From assembly GCA_033763455.1 (NCBI GenBank), contig JANRKO010000020.1:41311-105310 (forward strand): DNA of 64,000 bases, in the 5' to 3' direction. Of the stretch, positions 41,494 through 52,573 are shown piece after piece. Position numbers and translations under genes: made by a program. Each line of letters starts with the position of its first letter. Position 1 is the first letter of the stretch. The stretch is from Polyangiaceae bacterium. Lineage in GTDB: Bacteria; Myxococcota_A; Polyangia; Polyangiales; Polyangiaceae. Below the pieces are notes generated by a model. That model saw only the letters and a program-made list of their open reading frames with translations, was not told where the DNA came from and made no database searches.

Positions 41494-42441
41494 TCACGGG
41501 GCACACGTTAGATTCCCTTGGCAAACACGCCCGCCGGGGCAATCCGCTGTTTCGTGGCAAGAGACCACGCCCGGAAGCGCGACATCCCGGACAACTCCCG
41601 ATTCAACGCGGAGCCGCACTGTGCCCGGAGCAATTTCAGTGCTTCCCGAGCTCACCCGTTTGAGAGAAATACTGGGAAAACCGGCAACTCCGAGCGCCAC
41701 CAACTGGCTTATCAAATCAGCGTCGATCTCTAAGTTGCCCGTGTCCGCTGCATCACACTCTACAGCCCCCTTGCTGCCGCCATGATGCGAGATGTCGAGC
41801 TTCACCTCTATCCGGTGAGCCGGAGTGGCACTCATGGGTGGCTCCCAGCTCAACATCAAAGGCTGGCCGGGCTCAAGAGCCACAGGCCCAGCAGATACCA
41901 GGGGTGCCACCATTGAGCTCTTGATCGAAAACATGCCGTACAGGCTTTGGGCAACTACGAGCTCAACGGGAGCTCCCTCGCGCGCGGGGGGAAAATCGAG
42001 CGTGAGGCCCGGCGGAGCCGAATACCTTCCCGCTACCGCCACGAGGCTGAGAGGCCCCGTGCCCAAGCCGGCTAACACCACTTCGCCGACATCTTGAGCT
42101 ATGGGGAATGATTGGCATTGATTGGTCTCAACGCATAAGTGGCCGGAGCCACAGCCGGGGTTGCAGAAAGGTGCACGCGGCTTACGAAGCGCACACGCTC
42201 CCTTCTCTGCCACCAAATCCCAAACTACCGCTGAGGGGGACGGGCCATCCAAAACAGCGCCAGAAATCCCAGTGTAAGCGACGTTGGTGCCCGTGGCCGC
42301 GTGGAGGTCAATCAAGAAGGTGCCAACCAGGGCCCCAGTCCTCGCAGCCGAAGGCTCCAGATCGCGCGGCTCGGAGGAGCAGCTCCCGAGCACGCCAAGC
42401 GCTGCGAGCACTAGCGACCATGATCCAATCCAATCTGACAT
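41494..42441 (-). CDS. Hypothetical lipoprotein with C-terminal Cys module
   Basis: Lipobox LGSC; C-terminal CHETADCPGGRVC..C. Confidence 0.7.
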   Translation of the reverse strand: MSDWIGSWSLVLAALGVLGSCSSEPRDLEPSAARTGALVGTFLIDLHAATGTNVAYTGISGAVLDGPSPSAVVWDLVAEKGACALRKPRAPFCNPGCGSGHLCVETNQCQSFPIAQDVGEVVLAGLGTGPLSLVAVAGRYSAPPGLTLDFPPAREGAPVELVVAQSLYGMFSIKSSMVAPLVSAGPVALEPGQPLMLSWEPPMSATPAHRIEVKLDISHHGGSKGAVECDAADTGNLEIDADLISQLVALGVAGFPSISLKRVSSGSTEIAPGTVRLRVESGVVRDVALPGVVSCHETADCPGGRVCQGNLTCAP

Positions 42442-42478
42442 TGCGTGTGGAGGAGTGTCCTGACCAAGGCTCCTAGGC

Positions 42479-43639
42479 TCACGGCGTGAGGGCAAAACAG
42501 TAGATCCCGCCGTAGCCGCCACCGGAACCAACGATGGGGTTTTGTGGATCAGAACCACCGTTCCCTTCGATCGCCACTCCCGCACCGCAGCCGCCTTCGC
42601 TCTGCCCGGAAATCCAGTGGATGCGGTCCGAAATAGACCAAGAGAAACCTATGCGCGGGCGACCAGCGAGAACGCTATTGTCTGGATCGACAACTCCATT
42701 GTTCTTGGAGGTAGACGTCCAGTCCAAGCAGGTGGCCTTGCTTCCTGAGCATTCTGGACAATCTGCGTCCTCATAAAGCATGCCTTGGGCATCCGAGCCA
42801 GTAAGCACGTGGTGGTTATCCGCCTCGGGGAGATTGAGATCGGGCTGGTGATTCGGAGTTCCAGTTTCATTCGGGAGATCCTCCTTAATTGCCGGATGGG
42901 CCCCATCCGGGCGCTCCATAAGCAGAGCTGTCTTGTTTTCAGCCACCACCCTACCGAGTCGATCGTACCATGGCCCCTCGCCGATGCGATCGCGAGCGTG
43001 CACTGGCGTTCCATTTCCTGCAATACTCAGAAAAGCCCGCCACTGCTTAACACCTGAGCCTGGCATCGAGCTCTCGGCGATCTCCGTGCAAATCTTGTCT
43101 GCACCGGCCAGCCCCGAGGCTTGCCCATACCGAAGATCGCCACCAAAGCCGTCTGGGCTGCCGGAGAGCCGGCGCATCGCATCCAGGCTCGTCATGAAGA
43201 AGCTAAAATGCGGTAAATCGGCCCCCGCGCCACCCGTTGCCGAGCCTCCACCCTGGGCACTGCTACTGCCCCCGACGCCCGGGTTGCCCCCCACTGGCGC
43301 ATTGTTTCCACCGCCACTCGCGAGATTCGACCCACCTCCCGCTGGGCCTCCAACACCTGAACCACCAGTTGCCGCGCTTGCGCCACCCGCTCCATTCGAT
43401 TTACCGCCGCTCGCGTTTTGCGCGCCACCAATCGCCAAAGGCCCCTGCCCGCCTGTGCTCGCGCTTTTGAAGCTCGATCCGGAATCGGACGAACATGCGA
43501 CAAAACTCAGACTCATCAGAGCCAGTGAGGCAAGCGCGCCCAGCGAGCGCAATCGCGTGGCAGTAAATGATTCTGAGGTGAACGGAGAAATCCCGCAAAA
43601 AACAGCCATAAAATCGCGGAAGCGTAGCTGGATTGTCAT
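42479..43639 (-). CDS. Lipoprotein with Gly-rich linker and DUF1554/endostatin-like domain
   Basis: Lipobox FVAC; GLAGADKIC, WRAFLS, RIGEGPW, IYCFA. Confidence 0.7.
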   Translation of the reverse strand: MTIQLRFRDFMAVFCGISPFTSESFTATRLRSLGALASLALMSLSFVACSSDSGSSFKSASTGGQGPLAIGGAQNASGGKSNGAGGASAATGGSGVGGPAGGGSNLASGGGNNAPVGGNPGVGGSSSAQGGGSATGGAGADLPHFSFFMTSLDAMRRLSGSPDGFGGDLRYGQASGLAGADKICTEIAESSMPGSGVKQWRAFLSIAGNGTPVHARDRIGEGPWYDRLGRVVAENKTALLMERPDGAHPAIKEDLPNETGTPNHQPDLNLPEADNHHVLTGSDAQGMLYEDADCPECSGSKATCLDWTSTSKNNGVVDPDNSVLAGRPRIGFSWSISDRIHWISGQSEGGCGAGVAIEGNGGSDPQNPIVGSGGGYGGIYCFALTP

Positions 43640-43769
43640 CGTGCCGTCAACAACCACCCGGAGCCCATTGGCGAGTTTAAAAACTACTTGGCATGCTAAG
43701 AATCAACGTTGCGGGCGAAAGGGCCCTCCGGCTCGCTTGGGCGTATTTCCGTGTCGCGACATCCCGGCA

Positions 43770-44900
43770 TCACTCAAAAAGGCCGCGCCATACCTCGGGC
43801 GTCCAAGTTCCGGTCGCCGTATCCAAGCCCTTAAAACTCCCGCCGTCGTCCCAATACGCCCAACCGAAACCACAACGTTCGGCTTCGGTGCGCACGAGCC
43901 GCAAGAAGCGCACACGCGAAGCCGCATCTGCCTTGTTGATAGCCCCAAATTCCCCCATATACACGCTTCGGCCGGTTGATTTTGTGTAAGCCGCGGCTAC
44001 CTCAAATTGGTGCAGGACGGCACGATACCCGCTCGGATTTTCGTCAGAGGGCAAGGTGTTGTAGCCCTCAAACCACTTACGCACCCACTCGAGCGACTCT
44101 GCCGCAGGTTCAGGTTTCACCGGCACAGCGGGAGGGCCCGGAAAGACGATCCCTGTGGTTGCATATTCGGGCCCCGCCCAATTCGCCCCCTGATGTGTGA
44201 ATAGAGCGGGCTGATACATGTGAAACGAAGCCATAATTCGGGGATCTTCTGCCAGCACTAGCTGATGAAGCGCCGCCGCGGAGGCCCAGTCGAAGCTATC
44301 CGCGATCAGAAGGCGCGTCGGGTTGCTTGCGCGCACCACCGGGATCACTCGCGCGTAGAGTTCATTCACCTGAGTTGGAGTGAGTGGACTCCGTGGCTCA
44401 TTCAACAACTCAAAAGCCACAGATTCTGGGTACTCTCGGTAGCGCTCGGCAACCTGCCGCCAAATTTCGACGAAGCGTTCCGTGTGCGCCGCTAGGTTCT
44501 CGATCAACTCGTTGTAGTGATGAAAGTCTAGAATAACGCCCAGGGCGTGCCTGGCAGCTTGCTCCAGCGCCCAATCAACGCGTGCCATGAACCTCGGGTC
44601 CAGGGTGTAGGGGGGCTCGCTCAAAGCGTGCGCATTGAAGCGAACTGGCAGCCGCACATGATCTAGCTTTGCCGCGGCGACGCCACGAAAATGCCTCTCG
44701 TTCAGGGTCACATTCCACTCCCCTTCCTTCGGAGCGTCGAGCGCATTTCCGAGGTTAAGCCCACGCTTGAAGGCAACTTCTCCGCCCGCAACCGCAACCG
44801 CGCCACGGGCAGGCTCCGCCTTAGGGATACACGCATGACCGGCCATGCAACAGCCTGCCCCTAGGCCAAGAAAAGAACGACGCAACATACCTGCAGCCAT
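43770..44900 (-). CDS. GH5 glycoside hydrolase (endoglucanase-like), probably Tat-exported
   Basis: RRSFL; RGLNLGNALDAP, HVRLPV, ELLNEP (acid/base), YMGEFG (nucleophile), WAYWD. Confidence 0.92.
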   Translation of the reverse strand: MAAGMLRRSFLGLGAGCCMAGHACIPKAEPARGAVAVAGGEVAFKRGLNLGNALDAPKEGEWNVTLNERHFRGVAAAKLDHVRLPVRFNAHALSEPPYTLDPRFMARVDWALEQAARHALGVILDFHHYNELIENLAAHTERFVEIWRQVAERYREYPESVAFELLNEPRSPLTPTQVNELYARVIPVVRASNPTRLLIADSFDWASAAALHQLVLAEDPRIMASFHMYQPALFTHQGANWAGPEYATTGIVFPGPPAVPVKPEPAAESLEWVRKWFEGYNTLPSDENPSGYRAVLHQFEVAAAYTKSTGRSVYMGEFGAINKADAASRVRFLRLVRTEAERCGFGWAYWDDGGSFKGLDTATGTWTPEVWRGLFE

Positions 44901-44950
44901 AGTGCCGAGGCGCAGGCTGGGAAAGGCACGAAAGCGCCCGCGCTCTCGGG

Positions 44951-45649
44951 TCACCCGGTCCTAGTTGTCAAGCTCCGTGCTCGTTGCCACACCAAAGAGC
45001 CAACCACCCACCCCACGCCTACGCCGGCATGCCCCGAAAATAAATGCAAAATATCGAGGCTCGGGCAATGGAAACTCAAAAGCAGATTGGCAACCACACC
45101 CACAAGCGCACCTCGCAGTATTAACGAACGCGTCGACGGAGCATCACTCCGATCTAGGAGTGCTAGCAAGAACGCGAGCGGGGCCGAATACAACACACCG
45201 TGCGGAAAACATTCGAGCCCTTGAAACAGAGACTCACGGGCGGGCGCTGAGCCCACCGAGCCAACCGCAAAGGCGACCCAAAACGGCGCCAACACGAGAA
45301 ATGCGCCAACGGTCAGAACCCTATCGCTGCGCGACCAAGTACCCGAGCGCAACCACAGGCTGGCCCCATGGGCTATTAGTAGGAGCTGCCCCACAACAAT
45401 CGGCCAACTCCCGAGCAGCACCTGAAGGCGACCACTCTGTTCAGCTTCGAGCAGCATTAACCCCCCGAGCATGAGCGCCACCATTGCAAATCGCAGCCGC
45501 GAGCTTCGGCTCCGGAGCCATGCTCGCGGCCCTTTTTCGCGGGCAAGTTGAGCCTCGAGGTTTGCAAAGAGGGCGTCAACCTCTGCCCCCGTCGGCGGCG
45601 CGCCCTTGAAGGCTGCTGCATCTTTCTGGGAGTTGTCGACGGAGATCAT
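44951..45649 (-). CDS. Membrane anti-sigma factor (NrsF/DUF1109-like)
   Basis: Multi-TM; FHCP..H..GH; coupled to the ECF sigma. Confidence 0.7.
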   Translation of the reverse strand: MISVDNSQKDAAAFKGAPPTGAEVDALFANLEAQLAREKGPRAWLRSRSSRLRFAMVALMLGGLMLLEAEQSGRLQVLLGSWPIVVGQLLLIAHGASLWLRSGTWSRSDRVLTVGAFLVLAPFWVAFAVGSVGSAPARESLFQGLECFPHGVLYSAPLAFLLALLDRSDAPSTRSLILRGALVGVVANLLLSFHCPSLDILHLFSGHAGVGVGWVVGSLVWQRARSLTTRTG

Positions 45650-46302
45650 GGCTTCCCCACTCCTATGTCCGAAGCTGCGGCAGGGTTACCGTTAGCGTCT
45701 GCCGTTGGCTCGTCCAGCGGCAGTGCTCCTGCAGGTAGTTCAATGTCAGACAAAAGCTCTCGCAGACGCGCGTAGCCCCGGTGAGCTCGTACTTTGACCG
45801 CGCTCACCGTTGCCCCCAACACCTGGGCTATTTCGTGAAATGAAAGCTCATCGAACCAGTGTAGCTCGATGACTTCACGCTGCTGCACGGGCACCTCCGC
45901 AAAGGCGCGAGCAAGGGCTTGCGCGGCTTCCAAGCGCTCCGCGCCACGATGGGTTGTGTGCGGTTCATTCGCCACCTCCAGAGCTGCTTCCGGGCGCCGC
46001 TTCACGCGGCGGAAATATTCACGCTTGAGATTCAACGCAATTGTGAACAACCAAGGACGCAGGCGCTGAGCAGGGTCAAAATCATTGCGAGCCCGGTGCA
46101 GTTGCAGAAAGCATTGCTGCACCAGATCAGCCGCTTCTTCGGGCGAGCGCAGATCGCGCCGCATACTTCGTAGCAACGAAGGGGCGTGCCGATCGAAAAG
46201 CTCGCGGAAAGCCGCCGCCTCCCCGCCAACATAGGCGGCCATTAACGCTTCATCAGAACGCACGCTAACGCGCAGACTCCAAAAGCTCGGCGCCAAACGC
46301 AA
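45646..46302 (-). CDS. ECF RNA polymerase sigma factor
   Basis: SDEALM, DLVQQCF, WLFTIALN, EIAQVLG..VKVRAHRG; start may be GTG 46263. Confidence 0.93.
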   Translation of the reverse strand: MRLAPSFWSLRVSVRSDEALMAAYVGGEAAAFRELFDRHAPSLLRSMRRDLRSPEEAADLVQQCFLQLHRARNDFDPAQRLRPWLFTIALNLKREYFRRVKRRPEAALEVANEPHTTHRGAERLEAAQALARAFAEVPVQQREVIELHWFDELSFHEIAQVLGATVSAVKVRAHRGYARLRELLSDIELPAGALPLDEPTADANGNPAAASDIGVGKP

Positions 46303-46323
46303 GGGCAGAGGGCGCGGAATTCT

Positions 46324-46719
46324 TCAGCTCAATGCGGCCTCGTAGCGAGCTACGGCTTGGTACTTCAGCAAGCGGCGGCAATCCGCCGTCCCGAGCTGAC
46401 CGCGGCATGAACTCTCCCCTGAGAATTCCACCTTGCCCCGTGTAAGGGCCCCAAGGATTTCGCGGGTTAAGTCGTGTCCGCCGTCTTTGCAACCCGTGTC
46501 ACCGCAGGTGAGCTCAAACAGAGCCGCGGCGCTTGGCACCACGACCACCCGGGTATAACGCGTGCCGGCGACGGCACTTTCTGGGTGGCGCTCCTCAATA
46601 TCCAAGCGCAACTCCCGGAGGAGCGGCACTTCCTTAGCTAAACGCGCACACTGATCTTCGCGTTCGCGGCGCTCCCTGGCCTTTACGGCCGCTTCGCTCA
46701 TGTAGCGGTAGTTTCTCAC
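46324..46719 (-). CDS. Hypothetical putative metal-binding protein
   Basis: CGDTGCKDGGH..CRG..C; GTGA overlap with the upstream ORF. Confidence 0.65.
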   Translation of the reverse strand: MRNYRYMSEAAVKARERREREDQCARLAKEVPLLRELRLDIEERHPESAVAGTRYTRVVVVPSAAALFELTCGDTGCKDGGHDLTREILGALTRGKVEFSGESSCRGQLGTADCRRLLKYQAVARYEAALS

Positions 46720-46934
46720 GATTCCACCCTCATCGCGGCGTCGCCGTCGCCGAACCCATCGGGTAACGGCTGCGGCCCGGGCACGATGCCGGCGATATCC
46801 GGATCTTCTTCGTCGGCCCCGCGCTCAGGTTTGTCGACCTCCTTGCGCTGCTGGCGACGCTCGGCCTTGTCCTTCTTGCGATCCTGCCGCTCTTTTTCCT
46901 TGCGGCGTTTGTCTGCACTGGCTCGACCTGTCAT
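46716..46934 (-). CDS. Small charged hypothetical protein
   Basis: Basic helix followed by EDPDIAGIVPGPQP. Confidence 0.65.
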   Translation of the reverse strand: MTGRASADKRRKEKERQDRKKDKAERRQQRKEVDKPERGADEEDPDIAGIVPGPQPLPDGFGDGDAAMRVES

Positions 46935-47589
46935 TCCGCTACTCACCTTGTGGCGCCGGCCCGTGCAAAACACCCATCAAACGCCCACCTTTTGGGAGTC
47001 TGCACGAGTATCTGCGCAGCGAGCCTCCCATCCACCCAGTCCGAGAAACCTTGGAAACCAGGCGCAGGGCCCGCGGAGGCCAAGACGACCTAAGGTTCCA
47101 GAAGCGCAGCAAGACCCTAACACGAGGCGTGCCACCGCGCGAGTGGAACTTCAAACCCTTGGCAAAGGCGGCGTCCCGCGTGAGCCAGGGAATATCCACT
47201 GACGCCGACGAGACCCGAACGACCCAACGACTGGCCAGCGAGCCTACTTTCACCTCTGTGACACTCATTTGTCACGCACTTGTCACTTTAACCAACCGGC
47301 CCCATACTTGGGTTCATGTTGACCAGGCTCCCCAGGAGGTTTCGACGCCAACTCTCCACGCGCGTTCTCGCTCCCCTTCGCGAAATGGAGCGTGAAGATC
47401 AGTGGGAGGCACGTTTAGTCGCTCTTACGGCGGTAAGTGCGAGCGTGATGGTGCTTCTACTTCGCGTGTGGTCCTAGCGCCCGCTGATCCAAAGGCCACT
47501 TGTTGGAGGCTGGGCTGCCAGGTTTCGGACCTTGGGACCTAGGAGCGGTCCAACCCTTTTTCCGACCCGCCGCTTCAGCGTGTTTTTCG

Positions 47590-47662
47590 TAGGCGGGACA
47601 GGACTCGAACCTGCGACATCCGGCTTGTAAGGCCAGCGCTCTACCAACTGAGCTACCCGCCT
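47590..47662 (-). tRNA. tRNA-Val(TAC), CCA not encoded
   Basis: AGGCGGGTAGCTCAGTTGGTAGAGCGCTGGCCTTACAAGCCGGATGTCGCAGGTTCGAGTCCTGTCCCGCCTA. Confidence 0.96.
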
Positions 47663-47731
47663 GTCCTCTTGGTGAGGTGGCACGCGCTCCTTACCTAGGA
47701 TGGGCGCCTTGAGCAAGAGCGATAGCAGGTT

Positions 47732-50200
47732 TTACGAAATCCCCGGCTGCTCCACCGGGGGGTGTTCGACCAAGCCGGGAATTCGAGGGTCCACGGGCTC
47801 AAGCGCTTTGAGCGAACCGTCGATGAGCTCCCCCTCACGATACTCAAGCACCAGCCGGCGGGGGCCAAACATCTGGTCGGGGTTATCCACGGCGAGGGCT
47901 TCGCGCAGCACGTCGTCCATGTGATCCACAAGGACGATCCGTAGCCCCCCGAGCACACGTCGCGGAACCTCCTTCAAATCTTTGCGGTTCTCTTTGGGCA
48001 CGAGCACCGTCTTGATGCCGTTGCGATGTGCGGCCAAAAGCTTTTCCTTGAGGCCACCGATTGGCATCACCCGACCCCTGAGCGTGATCTCGCCCGTCAT
48101 GGCGAGCTCGTGCCGAACTGGAATGCGGGCCAAAGCACTGGCAATGCCCGTGGCCATGGTAACACCCGCGCTCGGACCATCCTTGCGAACGAAATCTGGA
48201 AAGTGAACGTGAACGTCCACCTTCTGGTAAAAATCTTTGTCGAGACCAAGGGTAGTGGCGCGGGAGCGAATGTAGCTCATGGCCGCCTGGCCACTCTCTT
48301 CCATCCCTTTTTCAAGAAGCCCCGTGATGACAAGCTTGCCCTTACCGGCAACCACGCTCACCTCACAGTCCAAGATATCTCCCCCGTAATCAGACACGCT
48401 CAAGCCGTGAACGAGCCCAATCTGATTTTCTTCGTCTTTTTGGCCAAGCCGATACTTCGGGACCCCCAAGTACTTGGGAACATCCTCTGGCTTGATCACA
48501 ACTTTGACTTGCTTGCCGTCTTTCACGACACGCAATGCGATCTTCCGACACAGGCTTGAGATTTCGCGCTCAAGGTTACGAACGCCGGCTTCTTTCGTGT
48601 AGTGGTGGATGACGGTGCGCAGCGTCGCCTGCCCCATGTCGATATCCACATCTTCGAGGCCGCACTCCTTTTTCTGCCGCGGCACCAGGTATTGCTGCGC
48701 GATATTGAGCTTATCGTATTCGGTGTAGCTCGTGAGTTGAATGATCTCCATGCGATCTTGCAGAGGAAGCGGGATGCCACTCAGCGTGTTGGCTGTAGTG
48801 ATGAACATCACGTCCGAAAGATCGTAATCTAGATCTAGGTAGTGATCGTTAAAGGTACTGTTCTGTTCCGGATCCAACACCTCAAGGAGTGCTGAAGCCG
48901 GGTCGCCCCGAAAATCAGCGCTCATCTTATCCACTTCATCCAGCAAGAAGACGGGGTTATTCGAGCCCACCTTCTTCAAGTTCTGGATCAGCTTGCCAGG
49001 CAAAGCACCGATATACGTTCGGCGGTGACCGCGGATCTCCGCTTCATCTCGCACGCCCCCTAAAGACAATCGAACGAATTTGCGACCCATGGCGCGCGCG
49101 ATGCTGCGCGCAATGCTCGTCTTGCCGACACCCGGAGGGCCCACAAAACACAAAATGGGGCCCTTGAGCTGCTTGGTGAGCGCCTGCACTGCCAAGTACT
49201 CGATGATGCGCTCCTTGCACTTTTTGAGTCCGTAGTGGTCCTCATCCAAGATGCGCTCGGCCTCTTCAATATCAAAACGCTCCGGCGTTTTGTCGAACCA
49301 AGGCAACCCGACGACCCAATCAATATAATTCCGAACCACTGTAGCTTCGGCACTCGTAGGGTGCATCATTTTGAGCTTCTTGAGCTCGCGCTTCATCTTA
49401 CCGAGCGCTTCTTCGCTCATCTTCTTGGTCTTCAGCTTCTCTTCAAGCTCAGCCAAATCGCTCTTGAATTCATCACGCTCGCCGCCACCAAGCTCCTTCT
49501 GAATGGCCTGCATTTGCTCATTCAGGTAATATTCCTTCTGCGTCTTCTCCATCTGCTTTTTGACGCGAGAACGGATCTTCTTCTCAACCTGCAGGATCTC
49601 AATCTCAGCCTGCATGAGCTCGTACAAGCGCTCCAAGCGCTTCTTGGCGTCGAGCATTTCGAGCAAGCCTTGCCTATCAGCAAGCTTAATGGTCGGTAGA
49701 TTGGCCGCGATGGTATCTGCGAGCTTTGAAGGATCTTCAATGCTCTGCACAGCCATGAGGATCTCAGGCTGTACTTTCTTGTTCAGCTTTACGTACACCT
49801 CGAAGGTGCTCTGAACACTGCGGATCAACGCCTCAACTTCAACGTCGCCGTCGGTTGCGTCACTTAACTCATCCAACTCAACCTGGAAGAATTCACGCGT
49901 ATCTATGTAGTTCCGCACCCGCGCACGCCTGCGACCTTCGATGAGCACCTTAACGGTGCCGTCCGCAAGACGGAGCAGTTGCACAATCGTGCCCACGGTG
50001 CCGATGGCGTAGATGTCCTCCGAAACAGGATCATTGGTCTTGGCGCTCTTCTGAGCCGCCAGAAATACTTCCTTGTCCCCCGCCATTGCCGCATCGAGTG
50101 CCGCGATGCTTTTCTCTCGCCCCACGAACAGTTGGGACACCATGTGTGGAAAAACAATAATGTCGCGAAGCGGAAGTGCAGGAATGGGTCGACGTGACAC
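47732..50200 (-). CDS. lon: Lon protease
   Basis: [42 protein letters not shown]. Confidence 0.98.
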   Translation of the reverse strand: MSRRPIPALPLRDIIVFPHMVSQLFVGREKSIAALDAAMAGDKEVFLAAQKSAKTNDPVSEDIYAIGTVGTIVQLLRLADGTVKVLIEGRRRARVRNYIDTREFFQVELDELSDATDGDVEVEALIRSVQSTFEVYVKLNKKVQPEILMAVQSIEDPSKLADTIAANLPTIKLADRQGLLEMLDAKKRLERLYELMQAEIEILQVEKKIRSRVKKQMEKTQKEYYLNEQMQAIQKELGGGERDEFKSDLAELEEKLKTKKMSEEALGKMKRELKKLKMMHPTSAEATVVRNYIDWVVGLPWFDKTPERFDIEEAERILDEDHYGLKKCKERIIEYLAVQALTKQLKGPILCFVGPPGVGKTSIARSIARAMGRKFVRLSLGGVRDEAEIRGHRRTYIGALPGKLIQNLKKVGSNNPVFLLDEVDKMSADFRGDPASALLEVLDPEQNSTFNDHYLDLDYDLSDVMFITTANTLSGIPLPLQDRMEIIQLTSYTEYDKLNIAQQYLVPRQKKECGLEDVDIDMGQATLRTVIHHYTKEAGVRNLEREISSLCRKIALRVVKDGKQVKVVIKPEDVPKYLGVPKYRLGQKDEENQIGLVHGLSVSDYGGDILDCEVSVVAGKGKLVITGLLEKGMEESGQAAMSYIRSRATTLGLDKDFYQKVDVHVHFPDFVRKDGPSAGVTMATGIASALARIPVRHELAMTGEITLRGRVMPIGGLKEKLLAAHRNGIKTVLVPKENRKDLKEVPRRVLGGLRIVLVDHMDDVLREALAVDNPDQMFGPRRLVLEYREGELIDGSLKALEPVDPRIPGLVEHPPVEQPGIS

Positions 50201-50270
50201 GTTAGCCCTTAGGGTTTAGAAATGTTGAAGGATTGTAGGGGAATGAGGCGCGAGTGGCCCAGCCGACGCC

Positions 50271-51524
50271 TCAGCCGACGCCTGCTTCCTTGTGATAGAC
50301 AATCAACGGGGCTTCACCTTTGACGATGACGTCCTCATTGATGACCACTTCCTTGATCCCTTGCTGAGAGGGGATCTCGTACATGATGTCGAGCATCGCC
50401 TCTTCCATGATCGCCCTGAGCCCACGTGCGCCGCTCTCGCGGGCTAAGGCTTTTCTGGCGATGGCGGCAAGTGCTGCTTTGGCAAACTTCAGCTTCACGC
50501 CGTCCATCTCGAAGAGCTTCTGGAATTGCTTTACCAAGCTATTCTTAGGCTTCGTCAAAATATCGATCAACGCTTCTTCGGTGAGCTCATGCAGAGTTGC
50601 CACTACTGGTAAACGCCCGATGAACTCGGGAATTAGGCCAAACTTCAGCAAATCTTCAGGCTGGACGCTGGCCAAAAGATCCCCAAGGCGCAGCTCGTTC
50701 TTACTCTTGATATCCGCACCAAAACCCAAGCGAGACTGGCCAAGGCGCCGCTGAATGATCTGATCGAGCCCTACAAACGCACCACCACAGATGAACAGAA
50801 TATTGCTGGTATCCACCTGCAAAAAATCCTGTTGTGGATGCTTGCGACCACCTTTGGGCGGCACGTTAGCGACGGTGCCTTCGATAATCTTCAGAAGTGC
50901 TTGCTGCACACCTTCGCCAGACACGTCGCGCGTGATGGACGGATTGTCGCTCTTTCTGCTGATCTTGTCGATTTCATCGATATAAACAATGCCACGCTGA
51001 GCGCGCTCGACATCGTGGTCAGCATTCTGCAGGAGTTGCACGATGATGTTTTCAACGTCCTCGCCCACGTAGCCGGCTTCGGTCAGAGTAGTTGCGTCCG
51101 CAATGGCGAACGGAACCTTAAGGATCTTCGCGAGCGTCTGCGCAAGAAGCGTCTTTCCGCTACCGGTAGGCCCAAGCAGCAGAATGTTGCTCTTGCCAAG
51201 CTCAACGTCGTCCGACGCTATCTTGGTGTCGATGCGCTTATAGTGGTTGTGAACCGCTACCGAGAGCACCTTCTTCGCGCGATCTTGGCCAACGACGTAG
51301 TCGTCCAGGATGGCCTTGATCTCCGAAGGCTTGGGCATCGGATCTGAACCATTGCTGGGCTCGTCCTTTTCAACCTCCTCGGCGATGATGTCATTGCAGA
51401 GGGCAATGCACTCGTCGCAGATGTAGACCGTTGGCCCAGCAATAAGCTTTTTTACTTCCTTCTGGGATTTTCCACAGAAGGAGCAGCACAAGTTGCCATT
51501 TGAATCGTCTCGCCGTCGCTCCAC
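50271..51524 (-). CDS. clpX: ATP-dependent Clp protease ATPase ClpX
   Basis: CSFCGK..CDEC Zn finger; [21 protein letters not shown]. Confidence 0.98.
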   Translation of the reverse strand: MERRRDDSNGNLCCSFCGKSQKEVKKLIAGPTVYICDECIALCNDIIAEEVEKDEPSNGSDPMPKPSEIKAILDDYVVGQDRAKKVLSVAVHNHYKRIDTKIASDDVELGKSNILLLGPTGSGKTLLAQTLAKILKVPFAIADATTLTEAGYVGEDVENIIVQLLQNADHDVERAQRGIVYIDEIDKISRKSDNPSITRDVSGEGVQQALLKIIEGTVANVPPKGGRKHPQQDFLQVDTSNILFICGGAFVGLDQIIQRRLGQSRLGFGADIKSKNELRLGDLLASVQPEDLLKFGLIPEFIGRLPVVATLHELTEEALIDILTKPKNSLVKQFQKLFEMDGVKLKFAKAALAAIARKALARESGARGLRAIMEEAMLDIMYEIPSQQGIKEVVINEDVIVKGEAPLIVYHKEAGVG

Positions 51525-51841
51525 CGGTTGTTCCTGTCTGACGTGCGCTAAAGGTTTCTTTTCAAGCTTAAAACCATAGAAATTCTAGGGCCTCGAGCCC
51601 AACACCGCAAGCTCATGGAAGCCAAAAAGGCAGAAGCACAAGTTCTTGCTTCGAGGGGGGTTCCCCCTGGGATTCTGAGGATTGTTGCCACGTCGCCTGG
51701 ACCGGCCGCCAATTAATTGACGATGGTTTCGAACGGGGCCTTCGGCTGCTGACCGCTCACCGAGGGCAAAGCCAGGGGGCCCAAGAGTGCAGCAGTTCGG
51801 ATGTCCCATGAAGGTGACCTACGGCCACCCTCAGCGGCTCA

Positions 51842-52519
51842 TCAGCCTTCCTTCTTCTTCTTTCGCTCGAAGACTTCGTCGATCAGGCCGTACTCCTTGG
51901 CCTGAACGGGGCCCATGTAGAAATCTCGCTCAATATCCTTAGCGATCTCATCGCGCTTACGCCCAGTAGCGTTTACGAGGATGTCCGTGATGACGTCCTT
52001 GGCGTGGCGAATCTCGCGAGCCTGGATTTCTATATCCGTAGCTTGACCGCGAGCGCCACCGAGAGGCTGATGGATCATGATGCGGGAGTGTGGGAGTGCG
52101 AACCGCCGACCCTTCTCGCCAGCACACAAGAGCAAGGCGCCCATGCTCGCCGCCTGGCCGATGCAGATAGTGCTGACCGGGCAGCGGACATATTGCATGG
52201 TATCAAAAATCGCCAACCCTGCAGTCACGACGCCCCCGGGGGAGTTCACGTAAAGCTGGATGTCTTTGTCCGGATCCTCACTCTCGAGGAACAAGAACTG
52301 CGCGATGATGATGTTTGCGACGTCGTCGTCCACACCGCTGCCGAGAAACACGATGCGGTCCTTCAGCAATCGGCTAAAAATGTCCCAGGTCCGCTCTCCG
52401 CGATGGGTCGTTTCAACGACGTGCGGGTAGATGACACCGGATGTGGCGGCCCTGATCTCGTCAGCGCGGCTTTCAAGTAGCAGAAGAGCGTCTTTGGGCG
52501 TTTCTGGTCGCTTCGACAT
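51842..52519 (-). CDS. clpP: Clp protease proteolytic subunit ClpP
   Basis: [30 protein letters not shown]. Confidence 0.98.
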   Translation of the reverse strand: MSKRPETPKDALLLLESRADEIRAATSGVIYPHVVETTHRGERTWDIFSRLLKDRIVFLGSGVDDDVANIIIAQFLFLESEDPDKDIQLYVNSPGGVVTAGLAIFDTMQYVRCPVSTICIGQAASMGALLLCAGEKGRRFALPHSRIMIHQPLGGARGQATDIEIQAREIRHAKDVITDILVNATGRKRDEIAKDIERDFYMGPVQAKEYGLIDEVFERKKKKEG

Positions 52520-52573
52520 GTTCCCTCGGTGGATATTCTGATCGGCTATAGATCCGGGCGCTCAGCCCAAGTT

